Source: Chloroflexota bacterium
GTDB taxonomy: Bacteria; Chloroflexota; Dehalococcoidia; Dehalococcoidales; G020351185
Assembly: GCA_043819155.1 (NCBI GenBank)
Contig: JBDRFC010000009.1
Location: 1-56,707, forward strand
Reading direction: 5' to 3'
DNA length: 56,707 bases
Shown here: piece after piece, positions 20,663 to 30,418 of the stretch
How positions within the stretch are numbered: position 1 is the first letter of the stretch
Layout: every line of letters begins with the position of its first letter
Translations under genes and position numbers: made by a program
The notes under the pieces: model-generated
Told to the model about the DNA's origin: nothing
Database searches by the model: none
Seen by the model: only the letters and a program-made list of their open reading frames with translations

Positions 20663-20706
20663 TGTTTATTCAAGGTTAAGTATTTGGCTTATAGACGGAG
20701 GCAAGA

Positions 20707-21654
20707 ATGGCTTTTGAAGTTCCTAAAATATCATACAGCGGCAAAATAAAAGAATTAACCCTTGGCAAAGGAGATAAGGCAATAACCGTAGGTGGCGAAA
20801 CGTCATATCCATTCCACCTCTTCGAGGGGGGTATGCCAAGATTGCCAAGAATTGCTATGGAGGTTTATGATACGCCTCCAGATGACTGGCCTGAGGCTGC
20901 GCTAGCCCCCTTTAACGGTGTAACTGATGACCCGGTTGCCTGGACAAAGAAATGCATAGATGAATATGGGGCAGAGATGATTTGCCTGCAACTGTTGAGT
21001 ACAGACCCAAACGGTCTTGACCGCGGGGCGGATGAAGCTGCCGATATTGTCAAAAAAGTAGCCGATGCTATAGATGTGCCGCTAATCGTCTGGGGGACAG
21101 CCAACCACGAAAAGGATACTGAAGTGCTGAGAAAAGTATGCGAAATCTGCCAGGATAAGAGGCTTATTGTTGGCCCGATTGAAGAGGGTGATTATAAAAA
21201 GATTGCCGCCGCTGCACTGGGCTATAACCATACAGTAATCGCCTCAAGCCCTATAGATATAAATCTTGCCAAGCAGCTTAATATATTGCTGGGTAACCTG
21301 GGAGTCCCGGACAACCAGATTATAATAGACCCTACCGTCAGCAGCATAGGCTATGGCATTGAATACTGCTACTCTGTAATGGAAAGGATAAGGATGGCTG
21401 CCCTGGCCCAGCAAGACGAAAAGCTTCAGCTTCCCATGATATGTAACATAGCCAAGGAAACCTGGAAGACGAAAGAAGTAAAAATACCGACAGCGGAAGA
21501 GCCGAAGCTTGGGGATACAAAGAAGCGCGGCATTCTAATGGAGGCTATATCTGCCCTTACTTTACTTCTGGCTGGCAGCGATGTTGTAATTATGAGGCAC
21601 CCTGAAGCAATAGGTCTAATTCGTGAGATGATATCCGAATTAACCACCTCCTGA
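20707..21654 (+). CDS. acsD: Corrinoid/Fe-S protein small subunit (AcsD / CdhD-like)
   Basis: 315-aa TIM-barrel-type protein starting MAFEVPKISYSGKI..LG. Its size and its position next to acsC, acsB and acsE fit CFeSP delta. GACGGAGG SD. Confidence 0.8.
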   Translation: MAFEVPKISYSGKIKELTLGKGDKAITVGGETSYPFHLFEGGMPRLPRIAMEVYDTPPDDWPEAALAPFNGVTDDPVAWTKKCIDEYGAEMICLQLLSTDPNGLDRGADEAADIVKKVADAIDVPLIVWGTANHEKDTEVLRKVCEICQDKRLIVGPIEEGDYKKIAAAALGYNHTVIASSPIDINLAKQLNILLGNLGVPDNQIIIDPTVSSIGYGIEYCYSVMERIRMAALAQQDEKLQLPMICNIAKETWKTKEVKIPTAEEPKLGDTKKRGILMEAISALTLLLAGSDVVIMRHPEAIGLIREMISELTTS

Positions 21655-21691
21655 TGGTTCTTCTTAGATGTGTTGGGTAAGGAGTGAATAA

Positions 21692-23662
21692 ATGACAGAA
21701 GATGCAAAGAATAAGAGTATTGACCCGGCAAGTATTGAAATGCTGGATAAGGCAGCCAAAGAAAATGTGCGCACTGTTTTTGACCGTGCCGAACAGATGA
21801 AACCCTGCCCCATCGGCGGTGAGGGTAGCTGCTGCAATATCTGTGCTATGGGGCCCTGCCGTGTACCACTAGCTTTGGGCAAAGAGGAAACCCCCGAAGA
21901 GCATACCAGGAGAACCGGGGTCTGTGGGGCTACCGTGGAAACTATCGCCGCCCGTAACTTCGTTCGCAAGATTGCCGCCGGGGCGGCTGCACATAGCGAC
22001 CACGGGCGCCGCGTCGTGGAAGCCTTCAAACTTATGGCTGAGGGTAAGATTAAAGACTTTGAAGTGAAAGACGAACAGAAACTACTGAAATTAGCGCTTG
22101 AACTGGGCGTCGATATTGGTGATAGAAGCAACAATGAAATAGCTCTGGATATAGCCAAAATATGCGAGAGTGAATTCGGCAAACAGGAAGGTGAGTTGGC
22201 ATTTATAAAGAATGCCCCCTTAAAGCGGCAGGAAATCTGGAAAAAACTGGGCGTCGTTCCGCGTGGCATTGACCGCGAGATCGTAGAGCTTATGCACCGT
22301 ACGCATATGGGCGTTGATCAGGACTACAAGAGCCTTATATTTCAAGGTTCGAGAGCAGCCCTGGCGGATGGCTGGGGAGGTAGTATGATTGCAACCGAGA
22401 TTCAGGATATCATGTTCAGTACACCAACTCCGTCACTCAGCGAGATAAATCTTGGTGTTCTCAAGGAAGATATGGTTAACATCATCATACACGGCCACGA
22501 ACCGGCGCTTGCCGAAATGCTGGCTGTGATGAGCCAGGACCCCGAACTGATAGAATATGCCAAATCCAAAGGAGCTAAAGGTATCAACATGGTCGGTATG
22601 TGCTGCACTGCCAACGAGATTATGATGCGCCACGGTATACCTATCGCAGGAAACTTTCTGCAGCAGGAGCTGGCAATTATAACCGGCGCTGTTGATGCCA
22701 TGGTCGTTGACGTTCAGTGTATTATGCAGGGACTTCAGGAAGTTGCCAGATGTTACCATACAAAGCTCATCACTACTGATGACCGTGCCCACATTACAGG
22801 TTCTACCTTTATACAATTTGATGAGCTTAACGCTAGAGAATCGGCTAAATCAATAATTAAAGCCGGTATCGACAATTATCCCACCCGCGGCGATAACGTG
22901 AGAATCCCGCAGATAAAAACACCGCTTATTGCCGGGTTTTCCCATGAGACCATTAACTATCTTCTCGGCGGTCTATTCAGGGCTTCCTACAGGCCGCTTA
23001 ATGACAATATAATTAATGGCAGAATCCGTGGTTTGGCTGGAGTAGTCGGCTGCAACAACGCCCGTACCATGCACGACAGTGCCCATACTCTCATGATTAA
23101 AGAACTCCTCAAAAATGATGTGTTGGTTCTGTCTACCGGCTGTGCCGCTATGGCAGCCGGTAAAGCCGGCCTTATGCTACCTGAAGCCGCCAGGGAGTTC
23201 TGTGGCCCGGGCCTGGCTGAGGTTTGTGAGGCTGTAGGTATCCCTCCGGTGCTGCATATGGGTTCCTGTGTTGATAACAGCCGAATCCTGATTGCGGCCA
23301 CAGCTGTGGTTAAAGATGGTGGACTCGGTGATGATATCAGTGACCTGCCGGCAGCCGGCGCCGCACCAGAATGGATGAGTGAGAAAGCCGTTTCCATCGG
23401 CCAGTACTTCGTTGCTTCCGGTATTTTTACTGTTTTCGGTACCAACTGGCCTACACTGGGAAGCAAGGAATTAACCAACTATTTATTCAATGATATGGAG
23501 GAAATGTACGGTGGCAAGTGGGCTTTTGAGCCAGACCCAATTAAGGCTGCCCATCTTATGATTAAACACATTGACAAGAAGCGTAAGGCTCTTGGTATTG
23601 ACAAAGCTAGGGATCGGGTACTCTACGACATGCAAATGAGGCGGGAAATAGAAGCGGTATAA
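21692..23662 (+). CDS. acsA: Ni-Fe carbon monoxide dehydrogenase catalytic subunit (CooS/AcsA)
   Basis: N-terminal B/D-cluster cysteines (CPIGGEGSCCNICAMGPCRV, GVCGA), then IHGHEP, VGMCCTANE, STGCA and HMGSCVDNSR, which are C-cluster-type motifs. 656 aa. Confidence 0.95.
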   Translation: MTEDAKNKSIDPASIEMLDKAAKENVRTVFDRAEQMKPCPIGGEGSCCNICAMGPCRVPLALGKEETPEEHTRRTGVCGATVETIAARNFVRKIAAGAAAHSDHGRRVVEAFKLMAEGKIKDFEVKDEQKLLKLALELGVDIGDRSNNEIALDIAKICESEFGKQEGELAFIKNAPLKRQEIWKKLGVVPRGIDREIVELMHRTHMGVDQDYKSLIFQGSRAALADGWGGSMIATEIQDIMFSTPTPSLSEINLGVLKEDMVNIIIHGHEPALAEMLAVMSQDPELIEYAKSKGAKGINMVGMCCTANEIMMRHGIPIAGNFLQQELAIITGAVDAMVVDVQCIMQGLQEVARCYHTKLITTDDRAHITGSTFIQFDELNARESAKSIIKAGIDNYPTRGDNVRIPQIKTPLIAGFSHETINYLLGGLFRASYRPLNDNIINGRIRGLAGVVGCNNARTMHDSAHTLMIKELLKNDVLVLSTGCAAMAAGKAGLMLPEAAREFCGPGLAEVCEAVGIPPVLHMGSCVDNSRILIAATAVVKDGGLGDDISDLPAAGAAPEWMSEKAVSIGQYFVASGIFTVFGTNWPTLGSKELTNYLFNDMEEMYGGKWAFEPDPIKAAHLMIKHIDKKRKALGIDKARDRVLYDMQMRREIEAV

Positions 23663-23693
23663 AAACCGAGCCAGTAAGGAGTAAAGGACTGTT

Positions 23694-25898
23694 ATGTCAA
23701 AAATAATTGCGTCAGCAGCCATTAGGGGAGCCCACTCTATCGTAGACCGGGCTGATAATAAATGGCAGCAGGCTATGGAAAAATGGGGAGCAAATGAACC
23801 GGTAGGTTTCCCTAATACAGCCTATTATCTACCCATAATCTATGGCATATTGGGTATCAAAATTGAAAAACTCGGTGATATGCAGCAGGTATTGGATCGG
23901 TGTAAAACTTTGTTGCCGCCACCGGTTAAAGAAATCCATCATTTGCCATACCTGGCACCGGCCCTTGATGCCGGAATGGCAACCTTTTTCGCTGAAGAAA
24001 TTATAGAAGCAATAAGATACCTTGAAACACCCGATTTCTATACAAAGACCGAAGACCCGACTGATGATAATATCTGGCTTGGCGCTGCTGATGATGTCAT
24101 TCTCAGGAAAAGGGGCATTGAATTCGTTGACGGAACGGCACCCGGCTTTGCCGCTATTCTGGGCGCTGCCCCCACAAATGAGATAGCCGTTAATATTGCC
24201 CAAGAGTTGCAGCAAAAGAACCTTTATGTCTTTATGTGCGCCGAGAATGACGGCAAAAGGTTCTCTGAACAACTGGTTGAAAGTGGAGTTCAGATAGGCT
24301 GGCCTACCCGCCTCGCTTCTTTTGGGCCGGATGTATCGGCAGTTGTTTTTGCTATGGGCTTTGCCACCAGGGCAGCCATGTCATTTGGTGGTATTGAGCC
24401 CGGTGATTTTAGAAAGATTCTATTACACAACAAAGACCGCATTTTTGCTTTTGCAATGCCTCTGGGTTTTATCAGTGACGAATGGTACGCTAATGCTGCC
24501 GGTGCCGTTAACTGGGGCTTTCCCACCATTGCTGATACCCCGATACCTGAAATATTACCCTCTGGTATCTGCACATATGAACATGTCGTTTCTAATGTCT
24601 CTCACGAAAACATAGTAGCACGGGCAATAGAGGTACGGGGACTGAAGGTTACTATCGCTGACGTGCCGGTGCCTGTTGCTTATGGTCCCGCTTTTGAAGG
24701 CGAAAGAGTTCGTGGCGAAGATATTTATCTGGAGTGTGGCGGCGGCAGGACTCAGATGGTCGAATGGGTTACCTCAAAAGGAATGGAAGAAGTAGAGGAC
24801 GGTAAGATAGAAGTTATCGGGCCTGAAATAACGGATGTTGAAGCCGGAGCGAAGCTACCGATGGCAATAACTGTTGAAGTAGCCGGCAGAGAGATGCAGG
24901 AAGATTTCGAGCCTATTCTGGAAAGGCAAGTACATCATCTTCTTAATTATGCCCAGGGGGTGATGCATATCGGCCAGAGGGATATTGCCTGGCTCAGAGT
25001 AAGTAAAACAGCTGTTGAGAAGGGATTTAAAATAGAACACATAGGCGCTATCCTGCATGCTAAATTGCACCAGGACTTTGGCCGAATTTTCGATAAGATA
25101 CAGGTAAAAATCTATACGCAAGAAGACAAGGTGCGTGATATCGTCGAAAAAGCCAAGGAGGTTTATTCTGCCAGGGATATCCGTATTGAAGGTATGGCAG
25201 ATGAAACAACGGATATCTATTATTCCTGCACTCTGTGCCAGTCATTCGCCCCCAGCCACGTCTGCGTTATCAGTCCGGAGAGAACCGGGCTATGCGGTTC
25301 ATACAACTGGATGGACTGTAAGGCGGCTTATGAAATCAGCCCCACCGGCCCAAACCAGCCTGTAGAAAAAGGGGAAACAATAGATACCATACTGGGGCAA
25401 TGGAAAGGCGTAAACGAATTTTTATTTAAAGCCTCACGCGGCAAAATTGATCATTATAATTTCTACAGCATTGTAAACGACCCGATGACAACCTGTGGTT
25501 GCTGTGAATGTATTGCCGCCGTGCTGCCAATCTGCAATGGAGTAATGACAGTTAACCGCGAATTCATGGATATGACACCCTGTGGAATGAAGTTCACCAC
25601 CCTTGCCGGTACCATCGGCGGTGGTATCAGCACTCCCGGGTTTGTCGGTCACGGCAAGTATAACATTACGCAGAGGAAGTTCCTTAGTGCCGAAAGCGGT
25701 ATAAAGAGGCTTGTATGGATGCCCAAGATGCTGAAGGAGGAGATAGCCGACCGCTTCAATGCCAGGGCTGAAGAAATGGGTGTTCCCAACCTCCTTGAAA
25801 TGATTGCCGATGAAACGGTGGGTACCACAGAAGAGGAGATATTGCCATTTCTTCAAGAGAAAGGGCACCCGGCGCTGGATATGGATCCAATAATTTAG
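23694..25898 (+). CDS. acsB: Acetyl-CoA synthase (CODH/ACS alpha subunit, A-cluster)
   Basis: 734 aa. A-cluster [4Fe-4S] cysteines are in CTLCQSFAPSHVCVISPERTGLCG. Ni-binding Cys-Gly-Cys is in TTCGCCECI. Confidence 0.95.
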   Translation: MSKIIASAAIRGAHSIVDRADNKWQQAMEKWGANEPVGFPNTAYYLPIIYGILGIKIEKLGDMQQVLDRCKTLLPPPVKEIHHLPYLAPALDAGMATFFAEEIIEAIRYLETPDFYTKTEDPTDDNIWLGAADDVILRKRGIEFVDGTAPGFAAILGAAPTNEIAVNIAQELQQKNLYVFMCAENDGKRFSEQLVESGVQIGWPTRLASFGPDVSAVVFAMGFATRAAMSFGGIEPGDFRKILLHNKDRIFAFAMPLGFISDEWYANAAGAVNWGFPTIADTPIPEILPSGICTYEHVVSNVSHENIVARAIEVRGLKVTIADVPVPVAYGPAFEGERVRGEDIYLECGGGRTQMVEWVTSKGMEEVEDGKIEVIGPEITDVEAGAKLPMAITVEVAGREMQEDFEPILERQVHHLLNYAQGVMHIGQRDIAWLRVSKTAVEKGFKIEHIGAILHAKLHQDFGRIFDKIQVKIYTQEDKVRDIVEKAKEVYSARDIRIEGMADETTDIYYSCTLCQSFAPSHVCVISPERTGLCGSYNWMDCKAAYEISPTGPNQPVEKGETIDTILGQWKGVNEFLFKASRGKIDHYNFYSIVNDPMTTCGCCECIAAVLPICNGVMTVNREFMDMTPCGMKFTTLAGTIGGGISTPGFVGHGKYNITQRKFLSAESGIKRLVWMPKMLKEEIADRFNARAEEMGVPNLLEMIADETVGTTEEEILPFLQEKGHPALDMDPII

Positions 25899-25913
25899 AA
25901 TGAGGAGTCTGAA

Positions 25914-27260
25914 ATGCCGCTTACCGGTATAGAAATATTTAAATTATTACCTAAAACAAACTGTGGCGAATGCGGAGTGCCAACCTGTTTAGCTTTTGCC
26001 ATGAGCCTGGCAGCAGGCAAGGCGGAACTATCCGCCTGCCCTTATGTATCGGATGAAGCAAAGGGGAAACTGGAAGAAGCATCTGCGCCACCCATAAGGC
26101 CGGTTACAATTGGAATTGGAGAGAGAGCGATAAAGGTTGGTGGTGAAACCGTACTGTTCCGTCATGAAAAGAGATTTGAAAACCCGCCCGGTATCGCTAT
26201 TCTCATCAGCGATACGATGGCTGATTCTGAAGTTGACAGCCGCATCGATAGGTCCAGCAATCTTCAATATGAAAGGGTGGGGCTTACACTTCGCCCTGAA
26301 CTGATAGCGATTAAGTGTGAATCACAGGATGCCATTAAATTCAAGGCTCTGCTAACTAAAATTAAGCAAAAAAGCGACGCCGGCATAATACTTATGAGCG
26401 ATAATCCGGATATTTTGGCTGCAGGCCTGGAGGTTTGTGGCGATAGCAAACCCCTGCTTTATGCCGCCACAAAAGATAATATAGATAAAGTGGCTGCACT
26501 GGCAAAGGATAAATCTTGTTCAGTAGCCGTCAGGGCTGAAAACCTTGATGGGCTTATCGAGCTTACAACTAAACTCGAACAGTCCGGTATAAAAGATATT
26601 GTCATCGATTCCGGAGCAAGGAAGCTTAAACAGGCATTTGAGGACCAGATAATAGTAAGAAGGGCTGCGCTGGAGAAGAAGTTCCGCCCCCTGGGCTACC
26701 CAACTATTATCCTTGCCAATGAGATGACCGATAATCCTATGAAAGAAGCCCTTATTGCCGCCACCTTTGTCGCTAAATACGGTGGCATAATTGTCCTTTC
26801 AGATTTTCAAGGGGAGAGCCTGTTCCCGCTACTGGTGCTCAGGTTGAATATATTTACCGACCCGCAGCGTCCCCTGGCTACCACTGAAGGCATATATAAG
26901 ATAGGCAACACTGACGATAACTCACCGGTGCTGCTTACCTCCAACTTTTCCCTTACCTATTTTATTGTCTCCGGTGAAATGGAAAACAGCCGTGTACCCA
27001 GCTACTTGCTGGTAAAAGATACCGAAGGTCTTTCGGTAATGACTGCCTGGGCGGCCGGTAAATTCGGTTCTGATACCATTGCCCCTTTTATAAAGAAGTG
27101 CGGCATTGCCGATGAAGTTAAACACCGTAAGCTTATAATTCCGGGCTATATAGCCATTGAAAGCGGCGGGCTGGAAGAAGAACTGCCCGATTGGGAGATA
27201 CTGGTCGGCCCCAGGGAAGGGGCTCATATACCGGCTTATCTGAAAACGTGGAAAGCATAA
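25914..27260 (+). CDS. acsC: Corrinoid/Fe-S protein large subunit (AcsC / CdhE-like)
   Basis: N-terminal [4Fe-4S] motif LPKTNCGECGVPTCLAFAM...CP, a TIM-barrel middle domain, and a C-terminal corrinoid-binding Rossmann domain. 448 aa. Confidence 0.9.
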   Translation: MPLTGIEIFKLLPKTNCGECGVPTCLAFAMSLAAGKAELSACPYVSDEAKGKLEEASAPPIRPVTIGIGERAIKVGGETVLFRHEKRFENPPGIAILISDTMADSEVDSRIDRSSNLQYERVGLTLRPELIAIKCESQDAIKFKALLTKIKQKSDAGIILMSDNPDILAAGLEVCGDSKPLLYAATKDNIDKVAALAKDKSCSVAVRAENLDGLIELTTKLEQSGIKDIVIDSGARKLKQAFEDQIIVRRAALEKKFRPLGYPTIILANEMTDNPMKEALIAATFVAKYGGIIVLSDFQGESLFPLLVLRLNIFTDPQRPLATTEGIYKIGNTDDNSPVLLTSNFSLTYFIVSGEMENSRVPSYLLVKDTEGLSVMTAWAAGKFGSDTIAPFIKKCGIADEVKHRKLIIPGYIAIESGGLEEELPDWEILVGPREGAHIPAYLKTWKA

Positions 27261-27269
27261 GGGGGAACT

Positions 27270-28148
27270 ATGATACTTGTCGGCGAAAACATAAACATTA
27301 TCTCAAAAACGATAGGCCCCGCACTGAAGGAAAGAGACCCCGAACCGATACAAAAAATGGCTAAAGCTGAAGAGTCAGCCGGCATAGATTACCTTGACCT
27401 GAACATCGGGCCAGCCCGTAAAGCCGGTGATGAACTTATGTCATGGCTTGTAAACGCTGTACAGGAGGTTACCGATAAACCTCTTTCTCTGGATACAACA
27501 AATCCTGTTGCCACCGAAGCCGGCCTGAAAGCCTGTAAAGGCAAAGCGTTAATTAACTCTGTTTCGCTGCAACCGGAGAGGCTTGAAAAAGTCCTGCCTA
27601 TGGCTAAGCAGTATAATGCCGATATGATAGGCTTACTCTGGGGAGTGGAGGGTATGCCCCGCGATGCCAACGAAAGGTGCATGCTTGCCGTTGACCTTAT
27701 CTACCAGGCAAACCAGCTGGGCATCCCCAATGAAAACATATGGATAGACCCTATCGTAACACCGGTCAGCGTCGAGATAAACCAGCTCAAAGCATGCCTT
27801 GAGTTTATGAGCATGCTGGCTGAAATTGCCCCCGGCTGTAAATCAATCGTCGGTCTGTCAAATGTTTCCAACGGTGCACCGTCGCACCTAAGGCCGTATC
27901 TAAACCGCACCTATCTGGCGATGCTAATGAAGTATGGTATCTATTCAGCCATAATTGATGCTTTTGATGAAGAATTGGTAAGATTAGCCAGGGGCGATAT
28001 GCCGGATATTGTCAGCCTGGTACATCATATGATGGATGGAGAAAAACCTGATATATCTTCACTAAGCCTTAAACAAACAGAATACGCAAAAACCGTTCGG
28101 GTGCTTAACGGCGAAACGCTTTATTCGGATTCCTGGCTTGAGATTTAA
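27270..28148 (+). CDS. acsE: Methyl-THF:corrinoid/Fe-S protein methyltransferase
   Basis: Pterin-binding barrel, colinear by eye with Moorella MeTr as I recall it (GENINI, ERDPEPIQ, LDLNIGPA, LSLDTTN, INSVS, IDPIV, GLSNVSNG, NRTYLAMLM). Confidence 0.9.
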   Translation: MILVGENINIISKTIGPALKERDPEPIQKMAKAEESAGIDYLDLNIGPARKAGDELMSWLVNAVQEVTDKPLSLDTTNPVATEAGLKACKGKALINSVSLQPERLEKVLPMAKQYNADMIGLLWGVEGMPRDANERCMLAVDLIYQANQLGIPNENIWIDPIVTPVSVEINQLKACLEFMSMLAEIAPGCKSIVGLSNVSNGAPSHLRPYLNRTYLAMLMKYGIYSAIIDAFDEELVRLARGDMPDIVSLVHHMMDGEKPDISSLSLKQTEYAKTVRVLNGETLYSDSWLEI

Positions 28149-28157
28149 ATCATTAAA

Positions 28158-28820
28158 ATGGAAGGAAAGAATATAATCCCTCCAAATCAAAAGGACTATA
28201 AATACGGCCTTGAAATGGCTTTTAAGCTGGCTAACGAAAAGTTAGCCAGCATCAATGCAGAAGAGCAGTGCAGGAAAGCCGGTGCTTCTTTCAAATATGT
28301 AAATGGCAAAGAGACAATCTTGCTTGATTACCTCGGCAACTCTTACTTTATTACATTACCAGAGATAGACTTCTGCCCGTCAAGTTGCAGCCAGTTAACA
28401 CTGCAACCAAGAGAAAAACTATTAATACTGCATTACTTTATTAATGCCGATGGCAGCCCACCTACAGGTGAAAAGATAACCTATAAAGAAATACCGGATG
28501 GCACCACCTATTTCCCTACTTTTTACAAGAGAGCCGTAAAGCCATTGATTGATAATTTTACTAAAGAGCCGAATAGATTGCTTGATATTTCCGCCAGACT
28601 GGGTGGCAAAAAGGCGGAATTTGGTGATTTATCGGTAACAATCAATGCTTTCCAGCGGGTGCCGCTGACTCTTGTATTATGGTATGGAGATGATGAGCTT
28701 GCCCCTGAGGGTAATATCCTGTTTAACAGCAATATATCAGGCTACCTGTCAGCTGAAGATATTACTGTTCTTTGTGAGATTATCACCTGGAAGCTTGTAA
28801 GTTTTTCAAGGGAAGTTTAA
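28158..28820 (+). CDS. Conserved hypothetical, probably DUF3786 family
   Basis: 220-aa ORF 9 nt after acsE on the same strand. No catalytic motif recognised. The DUF3786 assignment is from memory of similar acs-linked proteins and is not verified. Confidence 0.5.
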   Translation: MEGKNIIPPNQKDYKYGLEMAFKLANEKLASINAEEQCRKAGASFKYVNGKETILLDYLGNSYFITLPEIDFCPSSCSQLTLQPREKLLILHYFINADGSPPTGEKITYKEIPDGTTYFPTFYKRAVKPLIDNFTKEPNRLLDISARLGGKKAEFGDLSVTINAFQRVPLTLVLWYGDDELAPEGNILFNSNISGYLSAEDITVLCEIITWKLVSFSREV

Positions 28821-28843
28821 AACAAAAGAATTGCTTTCCCTGA

Positions 28844-30418
28844 CTACTCTACAGTTACGCTCTTCGCCAGATTTCGCGGAAAGTCTATAGGGCAGCCTCT
28901 CTCCATTGCGGTATAGTAAGCCAGTAATTGCATGGCTACGACATTTACTATCGGTGAAAATATATTATCAACCGCCGGTACCGTTATCATAAAATCAGCC
29001 AGTTCAGCAACAACCCCATTTTCTTCTTCCGAGATTACAATTACCGGCGCTCCCCTTGTCTTTATTTCCCTTATATTATTTATCATGACGTCAAACGTGT
29101 TATCTTTAGCTACTATGGTAACTACTGGTGTATCTTTGCCAAGTAAAGCAAATGGGCCATGTTTCAGTTCTCCGGCGGCATAACCCTCTGCGTGTATGTA
29201 TGAAATCTCCTTAAGCTTCAATGCCCCCTCTAAGGCTATAGGATAATTGATACCCCTGCCGATAAAGAAAACATTATTATAGTTTGATAAATATTTACCA
29301 CATTTTTTGATTTTTGATTTATTGTCAAGAATCCGTTGGATTTTTATCGGCAAATGCCTTATTGTCATCAGCATATCGGCTGACCTTTTGATGTCATTAT
29401 TTGAATATGATATCACCAGCCAGTAAAGCAGTACCAGTTGAGCCATAAAACTTTTCGTCGAAGCGACACTTATTTCAGGACCGGCATTTGAATAAATGGT
29501 CTGGTTTGCAAGACGGCTGATGGTGCTGCCGATTACATTTGTTATAGCCAGAACCCGGCAACCTACCTCCTGTAACCTGCGTGTCGCTTTTATCACATCA
29601 GCGGTCTCACCGGATTGGGTTATAACGATAGCCATGGTTTTAGCCAGGGCATAGGGGTAATAGTTGAATTCAGAGGCAAGTTCAGCCCTTACCGGAATCC
29701 TAAGAATCTCCTCAAATAGATATTTACCTATAAGGCCTGCATTATATGAAGTGCCACAAGCCAGTATAAGCATATCCTCCACGCCAATATCCCTCAGCCA
29801 CTCAAGGTCGTCAATTGGTTCCGACTCTCTGCAATAACTAACAAGGGTATCTCTGACTACCCTTGGTTGTTCATGTATTTCCTTTAGCATAAAATGTTCA
29901 TAGCCCGCTTTCTGGGCTTCTTCAATGCTCCATTCTATTTTATGCTTTTTTGCTTTAATATTTTTCCCATTCCTTTTTATTTTTATATCGGAATCAATAA
30001 TTGTCCCTATATCACCCTCTTCCAGATAAATTACACTATTGGTATAGTCCAGTATCGCCGGTATATCAGAGGCGACGAAGCTTTCCTTATCACCGGCTCC
30101 GATTATCAAAGGGCTTTCTTTTTTAGCCACCACCAGCCTGGATTCACCTGCCCTTATTGCCACAATAGCATAAGAACCATCTATATCTTTCAGTGCTTTT
30201 TCTACTGCTTCTTCAAGGTTATCAACGTAATATTTCTCAATCAGATGTGGTATCACTTCCGTATCTGTTTCAGAAGTGAAACAATGCCCCTCTTCAATCA
30301 AACTCTGCTTCAGTTCCTGAAAATTATTTATTATTCCATTGTGTACAACAGCGATTTCGCCTTTACAGTCAGTATGTGGATGGGCGTTTTTCATAGATGG
30401 CTCTCCGCAAGTAGCCCA
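28844..30418 (-). pseudogene. glmS: glmS lacking about the first 73 codons (glutamine--fructose-6-phosphate aminotransferase, Ntn-Cys missing)
   Basis: GlmS homology is continuous from WATCGEPSMKNAHPH (canonical RWATHGEPSxxNAHPH) to the C-terminal NLAKSVTVE, with both SIS domains intact. A TAA at 30421..30419 immediately precedes the Trp codon in that frame. The MCGIVG N-terminus is absent. The longest ATG-initiated ORF is 28844..30394 (516 aa). Confidence 0.75.

Noticed and set aside
20416-20706. Checked whether the folD-acsD spacer is a folate-related riboswitch (THF or ZTP/pfl motif).
   Set aside because: I could not find the conserved ZTP pseudoknot/CCGCCTGGGC-type or THF core blocks. 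A protein-coding sORF with a strong SD explains the GC-richer part better.
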